Shown: piece after piece, positions 16,859-25,946 of the stretch
Layout of the letters: each line of letters starts with the position of its first letter
How positions within the stretch are numbered: position 1 is the first letter of the stretch
Translations under genes and position numbers: made by a program
Notes under the pieces: generated by a model
The model's input: the letters and a program-made list of their open reading frames with translations, nothing else
Databases searched by the model: none
Told to the model about the DNA's origin: nothing
NCBI GenBank assembly: GCA_965222375.1
Contig: CBDCTZ010000011.1
Coordinates: forward strand, 416,001 to 480,000
Direction of reading: 5' to 3'
DNA length: 64,000 nucleotides
Origin: Polyangiaceae bacterium
GTDB taxonomy: Bacteria > Myxococcota_A > Polyangia > Polyangiales > Polyangiaceae

Positions 16859-19800
16859 TCATTCGGCGAAGCGCTTGGAGCGGTCGTTGAGCAGCGCGCG
16901 CCAGGCCTCGATGCGTTGGCGCGCGTGTTCCGGCCAGGGCATGCGGGACAGCCGCGCCAAGAGGTGGGGAGCATGGTCGCCGGCCCGAGAGCGATCGCCG
17001 AACACCTCGGCGGCGGCTTCCAGGGACTCGTAGGCCTTGTCGTGCTCGTCCTGCATCCACAACAGCCAGGCGCGGGTCAGCAGATAGTGCTGTCGCGGCT
17101 CCGCTTCCTCGACTTGGTAGGTCTCGGCTTCTTCTAGCAGCTTTGCGGCTGCTTCAGTGTCTCGACGCGCGAGCGCGATCTGACACGAGAGCAGAGTCGC
17201 CTCCAGCATGCCCCAGGGGTCTCGCATGCCCTGGTAGATCTGCGCGGCCTGCGCGCAGTGCAGCTCAGCCATGTCCAGATCGTCCGTGTCGATGCCGATC
17301 ATGCTGAGCAGGCGCTCCGAGCCTGCATGGCCACGGGGGTTACGCAGGGGTTCGAAAGAACCAAGCGCGTCCCGAGCGCCGACCTCTGCATTGTAGAAGT
17401 TCATCATCCGGTGCTCGACGTGCGCCAAAGACACGTTCGCCTGGGCGAGCCCCAAGCGATAGCCGGCTGCCTCGAATTCGGCCTTGGCCTCCAGCGTCAA
17501 GCGGCGTGCCCGCTCCGTCGCGCCCTCGGAGTGCTCGATCCACGACAGCAGCAGCAGGCATTGTCCGCGCCCCAAGGATTGCCCCAGGAGAGCGAAATGG
17601 GACTCGCCTGCCTCGATCACTTCTCGAGCTCGAGCGTAGTTGCCCAAGAGGTATTCGATCTCACCCAGCACCGCCTCGCTCTGCGCTTGACCGATGATGT
17701 GGCCTAGCTCGGTGAAGATCTCGTGGGCGAGGCCGACCAGGAGCGCTCCCTCGCCGCTCTGCCCGCGCTCGCTGGCGAGGTGCCCGAGCAGGCGCAGCGT
17801 GTGCGCGAGGCTCTCCTGATCTTCCAGCTCCTCGAAACGCTCCCGCGCGATTTCCGCGTGAGTCGTGGCTTCTTCGGTTCGACCTAGGTGGCGCAGCGCC
17901 TCCGCCTGCCAGCGGTGCTTCATGGCCAGGGAGCGGCCCTGTAGGTGGCCCTTCAGTAGCTCCAAATCCCCCAGGGTGGCCAGGGGCTCGCGAGCGCCGA
18001 GCCAGGCATTGTTCAAGAAATCGAAGAGCAGGCCGGCGGCGGCATCGGCTTCACCGGCGTAGAGCAGGTTCGCTACGCGCTGACGAATGATTCGCCGAGA
18101 CGCTGCCAAGGGGTGCAGCGCCAAAGCGTCGGACGCGGCAATGAACAGGCTCTTTGCGTCGTCACGCTCGAGCAGCGTCGCGAGCAAGTGCTCCTGCAAT
18201 AACGCGTGAGGCCAATGGTAGCGACCTGGCCCTCGCGGCAACACGATCTCGGCGTTCTGCAAGCTCACGATGGCGTCGTCCGCAGGCAACCTCAGGCCCG
18301 TCAGGAGCGCATGCAGCACATTGCGGCGAATGTCCCCACCCAAGGTCGCAACCGCATACGCCGCCAAGCGGTGGGTCTCGGGCATGGCCGACACGCGGCT
18401 GTCCCAGAGTTCCGCCGTGGTTTGGGGCCGAACCGTGAGCACCTCTTCGGGAACGCTGTACACACCGCTATGCAGTTGCATGTTGCCGCCGAGGGCCCAG
18501 GCATGAAGCTGTTGCAGCGCGAAGAGCGGGTTGCCACGACTGCGTCGCGCGGCCTCCTCCACGGCGGCGGCATCCAGGGGTAAGGACGCGCGCAACAGAT
18601 CCGCTGTGGTCTCGGGATCCATGGGCTTGACCTCCGTCACCACACCATCCATCAGTTCGCGCAACTGCCGCAGGCGTTCCGCTGCTTCCGCTCCCAGCTG
18701 CACGTCTTCGGAGCGCACCGTGCCCACGATCACGATGCGCTGGTCGGGTTCTTCGGCGTGGATCCGCGCGAGCCCCTCGAAGGTGGACGGCCCCGCATGG
18801 TGCAAATCGTCCATGAAGAACAGCAAAGGACGACCCCGGGCGATGCGCCGCAGGGTGTAGCGAATGACGAGGCGGCGGGTGTCTAGAGTGTCCAGGGTGA
18901 AACGAATTCCCGTGGGACCCACGGGATCCGCGGGCGGAAGTGGCCTGAGCCACTCCGATGCGCCCGCGACCCACGCCCGGCCATTCTTATCGTCGGCGGT
19001 CACCTTCCAGCGCTGCAACAAGGACTTTTCGATGATCTCCCGGGAGGAGCGTTCGAAGTTGAAATACTGGGTCACGCCGCCCAGCATGCCGTCCAGGGGG
19101 CTCCGTATCGGGCGGTAGCGAGCGCGAAGAGGAATCATCGTGCCCTCCTCGTGCACGACTTCGCACAGCCACTCTGCGATCCGGCTCTTGCCCACGCCAG
19201 CATGTCCTACGAGAATGACCAAGCGGTGCGACGCGCCGTTACCCTCGATGACGTCATCGCAAACGTCGCGCAGCACTCGTTTGACATCGTCGCGACCCAC
19301 CAGTGGGCTCGGCCGAATGCTCAACAGCCCGGCAGAGCGTTGGGGTTTCGTGCTCGTCGCGATGGGTCGCCCCTTGGGACCCGACTTGTGGCTAGTTGGC
19401 GGCGCGGGGCGATCGTAACGAGGCAGCTTAGGAAACACCCAGGCGTCGGAGTCCGTGTCCGCGCTCGGGCGCCACTGGGCCCACACTCCGCGGGCTTCTG
19501 CTGCATATTCCCAGCGATCCCAAGGACGCTTGGCTAGCAGCCGGTGCACGAAGGCCACGACCCCGGATGGAGCGGGGATGGCGAGCTTGAGCTCGGGGAT
19601 TTTTTCGAAGGCATGCAGGCGCAGCAGCTCCTTCGGATCTCCGGAAAAGACGCTGCGCCCGGACAGCAGCTTGTAGAGCACACAGCCAACTGCATACAGA
19701 TCCGTCGCGCCGCATACGTGATGCATCTCGTGTTGGATCTGCTCCGGTGCCATGTAGCCCGGGGTTCCCGCGCCGGCGTGGGGCGCGAATTCCATGGCCT

Positions 19801-20698
19801 TGGCACCATCCAGCCGCTCGTCGTGGGGGTCTTGCTTCAACCACGCCAGGCCGAAATCGAGGATGTGCACCTCCGGCGGTGCGCCCTCCATCTCTTCGAC
19901 CAGAACGTTGGAGGGCTTGAGATCGCCGTGAATGATGCCCCGGGCGTGAGCGTGAGCGAGTGCACCCAGCACTTGGTCGATCACGAACCAGATCAGCTCG
20001 AAACGATTTGGAACCTGAGACAGGTCGTGCAGGGATACACCTGCTGCCAGATCCATGGTGAGGTAGGGCGTGCCGTCCGCCAACTGCCCAAAGTCCGTGG
20101 CGTGCACGATGCACGGGTGGTTCAGGGCGGCCAGGGCGCGGGCCTCCTTGTAGAACCACATGACGTATTCCGCGGCGAGCTTACTCTCGGGGGGGATCAC
20201 CCGCTTCAGCGCCACCTCGCTGCCCGTCGACTGATCTGTGCAGCGGTAGACGATGCCCATGCCGCCTTCGCCGATGACCTCTTGAACCTCATAGCGGCGC
20301 GCCAGCACCTGGCCCGGCACGACGGCCGAGGGGGTGCCGATGGGCGTGATTTCCGGCGCGGACACGCTCAAGATGGAGCTGACCTTCAAGGAGGCCGCGC
20401 TGGGAATGCTTGGCGGCGCGCTGTCGTCGTCGTCGGGATCGGGCTCCGGGGGGCGTCCAGAAAGTCGGGCCGCGGCGGTCGTATGGGAGGTGTCGCTCGT
20501 GGGCTGCGATGGCCGTGGGGAGATCGCTCCCGACGCCGGACGCACCCCTGCATCCGGCGGAGTGGATTTCGCCGGCGGCGGAGCTACGGGCTCGTCTTCG
20601 GAATTGCCCCCTTCAGCCATCGGCGGCGCGAGTTTAATCACGGCCTCAGTGAGGTCGAGGCCCTCGGGTGAGATTTTCAGTTTACTAGAATTGTCCAA
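16859..20698 (-). CDS. Ser/Thr kinase fused to a STAND-type P-loop NTPase and TPR-like repeats
   Basis: GEGGMG, ALK, HGDLKPSN, DFG, GTPGYMAPE; Walker A GHAGVGKS; Walker B FFMDDLH; SRGNPLFA; helical repeat C-terminus. Confidence 0.9.
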   Translation of the reverse strand: MDNSSKLKISPEGLDLTEAVIKLAPPMAEGGNSEDEPVAPPPAKSTPPDAGVRPASGAISPRPSQPTSDTSHTTAAARLSGRPPEPDPDDDDSAPPSIPSAASLKVSSILSVSAPEITPIGTPSAVVPGQVLARRYEVQEVIGEGGMGIVYRCTDQSTGSEVALKRVIPPESKLAAEYVMWFYKEARALAALNHPCIVHATDFGQLADGTPYLTMDLAAGVSLHDLSQVPNRFELIWFVIDQVLGALAHAHARGIIHGDLKPSNVLVEEMEGAPPEVHILDFGLAWLKQDPHDERLDGAKAMEFAPHAGAGTPGYMAPEQIQHEMHHVCGATDLYAVGCVLYKLLSGRSVFSGDPKELLRLHAFEKIPELKLAIPAPSGVVAFVHRLLAKRPWDRWEYAAEARGVWAQWRPSADTDSDAWVFPKLPRYDRPAPPTSHKSGPKGRPIATSTKPQRSAGLLSIRPSPLVGRDDVKRVLRDVCDDVIEGNGASHRLVILVGHAGVGKSRIAEWLCEVVHEEGTMIPLRARYRPIRSPLDGMLGGVTQYFNFERSSREIIEKSLLQRWKVTADDKNGRAWVAGASEWLRPLPPADPVGPTGIRFTLDTLDTRRLVIRYTLRRIARGRPLLFFMDDLHHAGPSTFEGLARIHAEEPDQRIVIVGTVRSEDVQLGAEAAERLRQLRELMDGVVTEVKPMDPETTADLLRASLPLDAAAVEEAARRSRGNPLFALQQLHAWALGGNMQLHSGVYSVPEEVLTVRPQTTAELWDSRVSAMPETHRLAAYAVATLGGDIRRNVLHALLTGLRLPADDAIVSLQNAEIVLPRGPGRYHWPHALLQEHLLATLLERDDAKSLFIAASDALALHPLAASRRIIRQRVANLLYAGEADAAAGLLFDFLNNAWLGAREPLATLGDLELLKGHLQGRSLAMKHRWQAEALRHLGRTEEATTHAEIARERFEELEDQESLAHTLRLLGHLASERGQSGEGALLVGLAHEIFTELGHIIGQAQSEAVLGEIEYLLGNYARAREVIEAGESHFALLGQSLGRGQCLLLLSWIEHSEGATERARRLTLEAKAEFEAAGYRLGLAQANVSLAHVEHRMMNFYNAEVGARDALGSFEPLRNPRGHAGSERLLSMIGIDTDDLDMAELHCAQAAQIYQGMRDPWGMLEATLLSCQIALARRDTEAAAKLLEEAETYQVEEAEPRQHYLLTRAWLLWMQDEHDKAYESLEAAAEVFGDRSRAGDHAPHLLARLSRMPWPEHARQRIEAWRALLNDRSKRFAE

Positions 20699-20848
20699 TA
20701 GTTGCCAATGGTTACGCGAGCCGGCTCGGACTGGGACGAGCGCGGTGGCCCCCGGCCACCCCCAGACAACGACAAAGCCATGGCATTCATGCCCGGGAAG
20801 GGGGCCAGAGCGAGAATCTTGGGGGCCTGCCGGTGTACCCTCCCCGGC

Positions 20849-22108
20849 ATGAACTCGGCCTTCGATCCCGCCCTAGCTGAACGTGATCCTGAGATCAGTG
20901 CCCTGATCCGCGAGGAGGAATCCCGCGAGACGGTGAAGCTCCGCCTGATACCGAGCGAGAACTACGCCTCCCGTGCCGTGCTCGAGGCCTCAGGCTCCGT
21001 GCTCACCAACAAGTACTCCGAAGGATACGCTGGCAAGCGTTACTACGAAGGCCAGCAGATCGTCGATCAGGTCGAGCAGCTAGCGTGTAGCCGGTTGAAG
21101 GAGGTATTCGGCGCGGATCACGTCAACGTGCAGCCGTATTCCGGCAGCCCCGCGAACCTCGCTGTGTACCTCGCGTTCTGCAAACCTCACGACCCGATCA
21201 TGGGCTTGGGCCTGCCCGCGGGCGGGCACCTCACCCACGGCTGGAGCGTGAGTATCACTGGCAAGTACTTCAAGAGTCACGCCTACGGGGTTCGCAAGGA
21301 TACGCACCGTATCGACTTCGACGAAGTGCGCAGTCTGGCCAAGGAGCACAAACCAAAGATCCTCTGGTGTGGCACTACGGCATATCCCCGCGTGCTCGAG
21401 TTCGAAAAGTTTCGCGAGATCGCCGACGAAGTCGGCGCCGTGCTCTGCGCTGACATTGCTCACATCTCCGGGTTGGTCGCCGGCGGCGCACATCCTTCAC
21501 CCGTTGGCACCGCCGACGTGATCACCAGCACGACCCACAAGACTCTGCGTGGCCCTCGCGGCGGTATGATCATGTGCAAGGGTGAGCACAAGAAAGCCAT
21601 CGATCGCGCCGTCTTCCCAGGGCTGCAGGGCGGCCCCCACAACCACACCACCGCTGGGATCGCGGTTGCGGCCAAAGAAGCCCTCGCCCCGGAGTTCAAG
21701 TCCTACGCTCGCGCCGTGGTGGACAACGCCAAGACGCTTGGTGAGGCCCTCGCCAGCAAGGGTTTCGCCCTGATTACCGGCGGCACCGACAATCACCTGT
21801 TGCTCGTGGATCTGACACCCAAGAACATCCCCGGCAAAGTCGCGGCGCAAGCTCTGGACAAGGCCGGCATCGTCGCCAACTACAATTCCATCCCCTTCGA
21901 TCCGCGTAAGCCTTTTGATCCCTCGGGTTTGCGCATTGGAACGCCCTCCATCACCACGCGCGGCATGGGCGCGCAGGAGATGCAGCAGCTTGCCGACTGG
22001 ATGGATCGCGTGGTGGCCGCGCCGGATGACGAAGCTTTGCTCGCCAAGGTTGCGGCGGAAGTCAGTGAAGTGTGCAAGGGGTTTCCTCCCCCCGGTATCA
22101 CGCAGTAA
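20849..22108 (+). CDS. glyA: Serine hydroxymethyltransferase
   Basis: LIPSENY, NKYSEGYAGKRYY, GGHLTHG, STTHKTLRGPRGG (PLP Lys); start at MNSAFD. Confidence 0.97.
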   Translation: MNSAFDPALAERDPEISALIREEESRETVKLRLIPSENYASRAVLEASGSVLTNKYSEGYAGKRYYEGQQIVDQVEQLACSRLKEVFGADHVNVQPYSGSPANLAVYLAFCKPHDPIMGLGLPAGGHLTHGWSVSITGKYFKSHAYGVRKDTHRIDFDEVRSLAKEHKPKILWCGTTAYPRVLEFEKFREIADEVGAVLCADIAHISGLVAGGAHPSPVGTADVITSTTHKTLRGPRGGMIMCKGEHKKAIDRAVFPGLQGGPHNHTTAGIAVAAKEALAPEFKSYARAVVDNAKTLGEALASKGFALITGGTDNHLLLVDLTPKNIPGKVAAQALDKAGIVANYNSIPFDPRKPFDPSGLRIGTPSITTRGMGAQEMQQLADWMDRVVAAPDDEALLAKVAAEVSEVCKGFPPPGITQ

Positions 22109-22127
22109 CGAGCCGGCGGACTAGCGG

Positions 22128-22748
22128 GTGGTTGTCTCTCTGGTCCTGGGGATCCTGCTCGGCTTCGTTGGCAGCATCCCCGCAGCGGGGCCACTACTTT
22201 TCCTCGTCATCGATGCCGGGATATCCCGGGACCGCTCTCGGGCCCTCTCTCTCGCCGTCGGCGGCGCTATTGCCGAGGCGCTCTACGTGGGGCTGGCTTT
22301 TGCAGGGGCCGGGGAGCTGCTTCAGCTGATTCCAGTTTCCCCGCAGGTGCTGCGACTCAGCAGTGCCGTGCTGGTCATGCTGATTGGTGTTTGGATCCTG
22401 CGAACCAAGCCAGGCAGCGCCGGCGAAAGACCCCCGCGACCTTCCGCGACCGCCCTACTCGCGGGGCTGACCTTGGTTCTGTTCAACCCAGGCTTCTTGG
22501 CCTTTTGGTCGGCGGTAGCCGCCTTCGTCTACTCCTCTGGCGCGCTGCAAGCCGGAGAAAGTTCCAGCTTGGCTCTGGCTCTGGGCAGCGCCATCGGCAT
22601 CGTGCTGTGGTTCTCCTCCGTCTACGCCGTCGCTACCCGCGCTACGCGCAACGTCTCTGCATCACGCCTTCACGGGCTGCGACGGCTATTGGGCGGCGTG
22701 CTGATTGCCCTCGGAGCGGGCCTCGGAGTGGCCGCCACGGCAGCGTAG
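22128..22748 (+). CDS. LysE/RhtB family exporter
   Basis: 206 aa hydrophobic; GFVGSIPAAGP and LFNPG..AFW motifs. Confidence 0.85.
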   Translation: MVVSLVLGILLGFVGSIPAAGPLLFLVIDAGISRDRSRALSLAVGGAIAEALYVGLAFAGAGELLQLIPVSPQVLRLSSAVLVMLIGVWILRTKPGSAGERPPRPSATALLAGLTLVLFNPGFLAFWSAVAAFVYSSGALQAGESSSLALALGSAIGIVLWFSSVYAVATRATRNVSASRLHGLRRLLGGVLIALGAGLGVAATAA

Positions 22749-22779
22749 GCCGAAACGCTTTCCCTATCAGTTCGCCTGC

Positions 22780-22905
22780 TCAGCGCAGTATGTCGACGCA
22801 CAAGACTTCCGGAGTCGCGAAAGTGCGGATCGGGAGTTCCGTCGTGCCCACCCCTCTGGAAACCAACACGGTCAGGCTGTCGACTTGGAAACGGCCAGCT
22901 GCCAT
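22780..22905 (-). pseudogene. 3' remnant of a metallophosphoesterase (YkuE/YaeI-like) gene
   Basis: Manual translation MAAGRFQVDSLTVLVSRGVGTTELPIRTFATPEVLCVDILR matches the family C-terminal VSRGxG...PxR...PE motif; in-frame TAG just upstream; rest of the gene absent. Confidence 0.65.
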
Positions 22906-23091
22906 CGAACTTGGGCGCCGGACCTATGGCACCTGCACTCGGTCGCGACGACCCCTGCACCCGGTTTTTTGGTTTGTGGTTGGGGGTCGAGCGCTGGGGC
23001 GAATGGTTGCCCTAATCTCGCAATGAACCACCTTGCTCAGCGCGGTCTAGGCGCCGTCGGTCTTGATGATGGTGGTGGTGGGCGAAGAGAC

Positions 23092-24369
23092 TCACTTCTT
23101 CTTGCCAGCAGCTGGGTTTCCCGCCGCTTTGCCCTGGCCGAGGTGCTTGCCCTTGTTGTCGTGGTCCTTGTTCTGACCGAGGTGCTTGCCCTTGTTGTCG
23201 TGGTCCTTGTTCTGACCGAGGTGCTTGCCCTTGTTGTCGCGGTCCTTGTTCTGACCGAGATGCTTGCCCTTGTTGTCGCGGTCCTTGTTCTGGCCGAGGT
23301 GTTTACCCTTGTTGTCGTGGTCCTTGTTCTGGCCGAGATGCTTGCCGCGCTTCGCTTTTGCTGCGATCGCTCCCTTGTCGAACCCGGGGGGGCCATCAAG
23401 GCGGTGGCCCAGCTTGAGTCCTACGCCACGCCAACCTCGGCGGGACCAATGACGCTGCTTCATCCGGCCGTGATCGACCAACACGGCATGCCCCTTCCGG
23501 TGTCCGACCAAGGAAAGGTGAGTCTTCCCGCTGCGTCGAACCAAAAGCGTGATCTTGTGACCTATTGCCCGCTTGCCCAACAAACCCGCAAAGTGTGGCT
23601 TGCCGTCCCCTTCGGCTTCGGTTTCCGGGGACTCTTCCTCCGCGGTGCCGCCTTCTTCTGTCTGGCCGCTTGCTGATTCCGAGTCAGTCGATGCCGACGC
23701 GTTCTTTCTGGCCACGAGCTCCACGACGCTGGATTCCGGTCCTCCGATCAGTAGCTGCACCTTTTCCAGTTGAACCTCCGCTACGCCTCCGGCTTTATCC
23801 AAAGCATAGAGCCGAGCCTCCCCCGACTTTTCGTCGGCAGCCAGCTCGTAGCGTTGCCCAGCCAGTACCGAGACTTCGCCACCGTGGGGACCAGTCACTT
23901 CCTCCGGAATGCTCTCTGACTCCACCGCAGAGCTGACTAAGGCTTTGGTCCCTTCCTTGGGCAGGTGCAGGGCACCGTTGATGGGTGTCCCATCAACAAC
24001 GAGTTGGTAGCGCAACTCCGTTGCCTCTGGATCCAGCGCCGGCCCTTTGGCAACTAGAAGACCCTTACCCTTTTCCGCTTTGAGTTCGGCGGTCTTGGGT
24101 TCAGAGCCTGATAGTCCCATGAAGGCAAGGTTCCCTGTCACCTTGTCGTTGATGAGCTCGCATGAAGTTGAACGAACGGCCAGCTTCGTCTCGCCGTCTT
24201 CACCGACCTCCCAAGTGAGCGTGGCGGTGGGGTATTGCTCCACGAAGGTGGCGCTCGAGTTCAGCGCGGCCTTGACCGAGGCAACTGCCTGAGAGGTCGT
24301 CGCCGACGTTTGATCACATGCAGTGAGAAGAGCACCAGCACCCAGCATGGAAAGAAGCGAAATTCTCAT
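23092..24369 (-). CDS. Lipoprotein with GPHGG motif and C-terminal 13-aa Lys/His-rich tandem repeats
   Basis: RBS AGGAG, start MRISLL, lipobox LTAC; repeats GKHLGQNKD(H/R)DNK. Confidence 0.8.
   Translation of the reverse strand: MRISLLSMLGAGALLTACDQTSATTSQAVASVKAALNSSATFVEQYPTATLTWEVGEDGETKLAVRSTSCELINDKVTGNLAFMGLSGSEPKTAELKAEKGKGLLVAKGPALDPEATELRYQLVVDGTPINGALHLPKEGTKALVSSAVESESIPEEVTGPHGGEVSVLAGQRYELAADEKSGEARLYALDKAGGVAEVQLEKVQLLIGGPESSVVELVARKNASASTDSESASGQTEEGGTAEEESPETEAEGDGKPHFAGLLGKRAIGHKITLLVRRSGKTHLSLVGHRKGHAVLVDHGRMKQRHWSRRGWRGVGLKLGHRLDGPPGFDKGAIAAKAKRGKHLGQNKDHDNKGKHLGQNKDRDNKGKHLGQNKDRDNKGKHLGQNKDHDNKGKHLGQNKDHDNKGKHLGQGKAAGNPAAGKKK
23134..23346 (-). repeat. 39-nt coding tandem repeat, 5 full units plus one partial
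   Basis: Plus-strand unit CCGAGGTGCTTGCCCTTGTTGTCG(T/C)GGTCCTTGTTCTG(A/G). Confidence 0.95.
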
Positions 24370-24406
24370 TGGTTTCTCCTGTGAGCCATCAAAAATGTGG
24401 GCCCCT

Positions 24407-24423
24407 TGCAGCACCCGTGCCAA
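24407..24423 (-). promoter_or_regulatory. Sigma-54 (-24/-12) promoter
   Basis: Minus strand TTGGCACGGGTGCTGCA = GG-N10-GC, about 38 nt upstream of ATG 24369. Confidence 0.7.
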
Positions 24424-24510
24424 TCGTCCTTATAGCACGAGCGCAGTCATTAGCGACGCTTCTGCAGGCTACAGTCGACAACGCTAGTGGTTTCGAGTCT
24501 ACGTCCCGTT

Positions 24511-25539
24511 TCAACGCCGTCGGGAATTGGGGCTCGTTGCTCTTGGTTCGGGGCGCAAATAGCACAACATACGCAGCGCATTTCCAGCCATGATCTTGCG
24601 CACGTCCAACATGGGCATTCCGGCCGTGTGGAGTGCGACGGCGAGGCGGGGGTAGCGTGAGGCATTGATCAGTTCGTGGGGCGGGCGCAGGCCCGCTTCG
24701 AATCCGGACCCCACGGCAACGTGGTCCACGCCGCCCACGCGCGCGATGTGACGCACGTGGCGCACCACGTCGCCGAGGTCAGCGCGCTTTCCCCGATGCA
24801 GCATGCGCGGTTCGAAACCCACGCCGATCAGACCTCCCGAGCGCGCGATTGCCAGGATCTGAGTGTCGCTCAGGTTGTTCGCGTGTGCCGCGAGGGCGCG
24901 GGCGCCGGCGTGGGTCGCGACGACCGGCACGTGTGCTTCCGTGGCAATCGCAACGACGTCCACGATCGCACTTTCGCTCAATCCGCTGACGTCCACCGTG
25001 CCGCGGGCCGCATGAATGGCGCGCACCATCTGTCGTCCTCGGGGGCTCAGACGTCCGCCCCGGCCCAAGGCGGAGCCGGCCAGCACGCTATCGCCCCGGG
25101 CGGCAAGCCCGAAGAAGCGCACGCCGCGGGTGACCCAAAGCGGCACTTCCTTGTGGGTCGCAAGTTCGCTGGCGTTGCGGATCGCGAACCAAGTTCGGAT
25201 CCCCGGGCCCGTGCGCCGGCACCCGGGAATGCGCAGTTCCTTGGTCCGAGCCAACGCACGATACAGGTGCAGGTAGCTGGTTTCGAGGTCCGGAGCACTT
25301 GCACTCCAGCGCTCAAGGGGGAGCACGACGCCGTAGGCACCACCTCGGCGCAAGCGAACGGCGTCGGCCTGTCCGCTTCCGAGCATCACGCCCCGGTGAT
25401 GCTGAATAACCTGGAAGGGGAGGTGCACCGAGAGGTCCACCACCGGCACCGCCCGAACCGCTGCCTCTGACTTCCGTGCGCGAGGCACCAGGGCGGCCGT
25501 CAGCCCCATCAGCAGAATCGAGCGCCGCGTGGCGGTCAT
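24511..25539 (-). CDS. Membrane dipeptidase (peptidase M19) homolog with degenerate active site
   Basis: Fold motifs VDVS.LS, PVVATH, NNLSD.QI.AIA..GG.IG, GVDHVAVGS.F, KIMAGNALR; twin-Arg-like N-terminus TRRSILL. Confidence 0.75.
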   Translation of the reverse strand: MTATRRSILLMGLTAALVPRARKSEAAVRAVPVVDLSVHLPFQVIQHHRGVMLGSGQADAVRLRRGGAYGVVLPLERWSASAPDLETSYLHLYRALARTKELRIPGCRRTGPGIRTWFAIRNASELATHKEVPLWVTRGVRFFGLAARGDSVLAGSALGRGGRLSPRGRQMVRAIHAARGTVDVSGLSESAIVDVVAIATEAHVPVVATHAGARALAAHANNLSDTQILAIARSGGLIGVGFEPRMLHRGKRADLGDVVRHVRHIARVGGVDHVAVGSGFEAGLRPPHELINASRYPRLAVALHTAGMPMLDVRKIMAGNALRMLCYLRPEPRATSPNSRRR

Positions 25540-25946
25540 GCTGACAGGAGGTAGCAATTCACGAGCCACCCCATGAACTGCTCAGAATGTCCACGGCTTC
25601 CGCGCAACCCCTTCGTACCCGCGCAGCTGTGGCGCGCATCGTGCGCAGGCCAGCGCGGTGGTTTTCCAAGCTTGCAGAAGCTTGGATTCCACATCCGCCG
25701 AGCTCACACGCGCTTGGCCACGCACTCCGCCACTCGGCAACACCTCCGACCTCAGGTTGGCAGCTCCGCCCGCCCGTGAGCGACAGCTCAGCGCTTTGAC
25801 TGACGCGGGCGGGTCAGCGTCGCCCCCAACACTGGTTTCAGGCGCACTCGGGGGCGAGAATAGTGGAAGAGGCTGCAACAGCACTCGACCCCAACCAACC
25901 CAGCCCATGACGCGGCCAGACGGTTTCCACCGCGCGCTTCGGCGAA

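Noticed and set aside
20700..20848. ZTP (pfl) riboswitch upstream of glyA
   Set aside because: GACTGG and a GGTGG/CCACC stem are present, but the following GGGAG and the 3' CGCCTGGGC pseudoknot element are missing; glyA looks leaderless
23134..23346. 39-nt repeats as CRISPR; plus-strand hydrophobic ORF 22705-23676
   Set aside because: Units are contiguous with no unique spacers; the plus-strand ORF is the antisense shadow of a gene that has an RBS, lipobox and promoter
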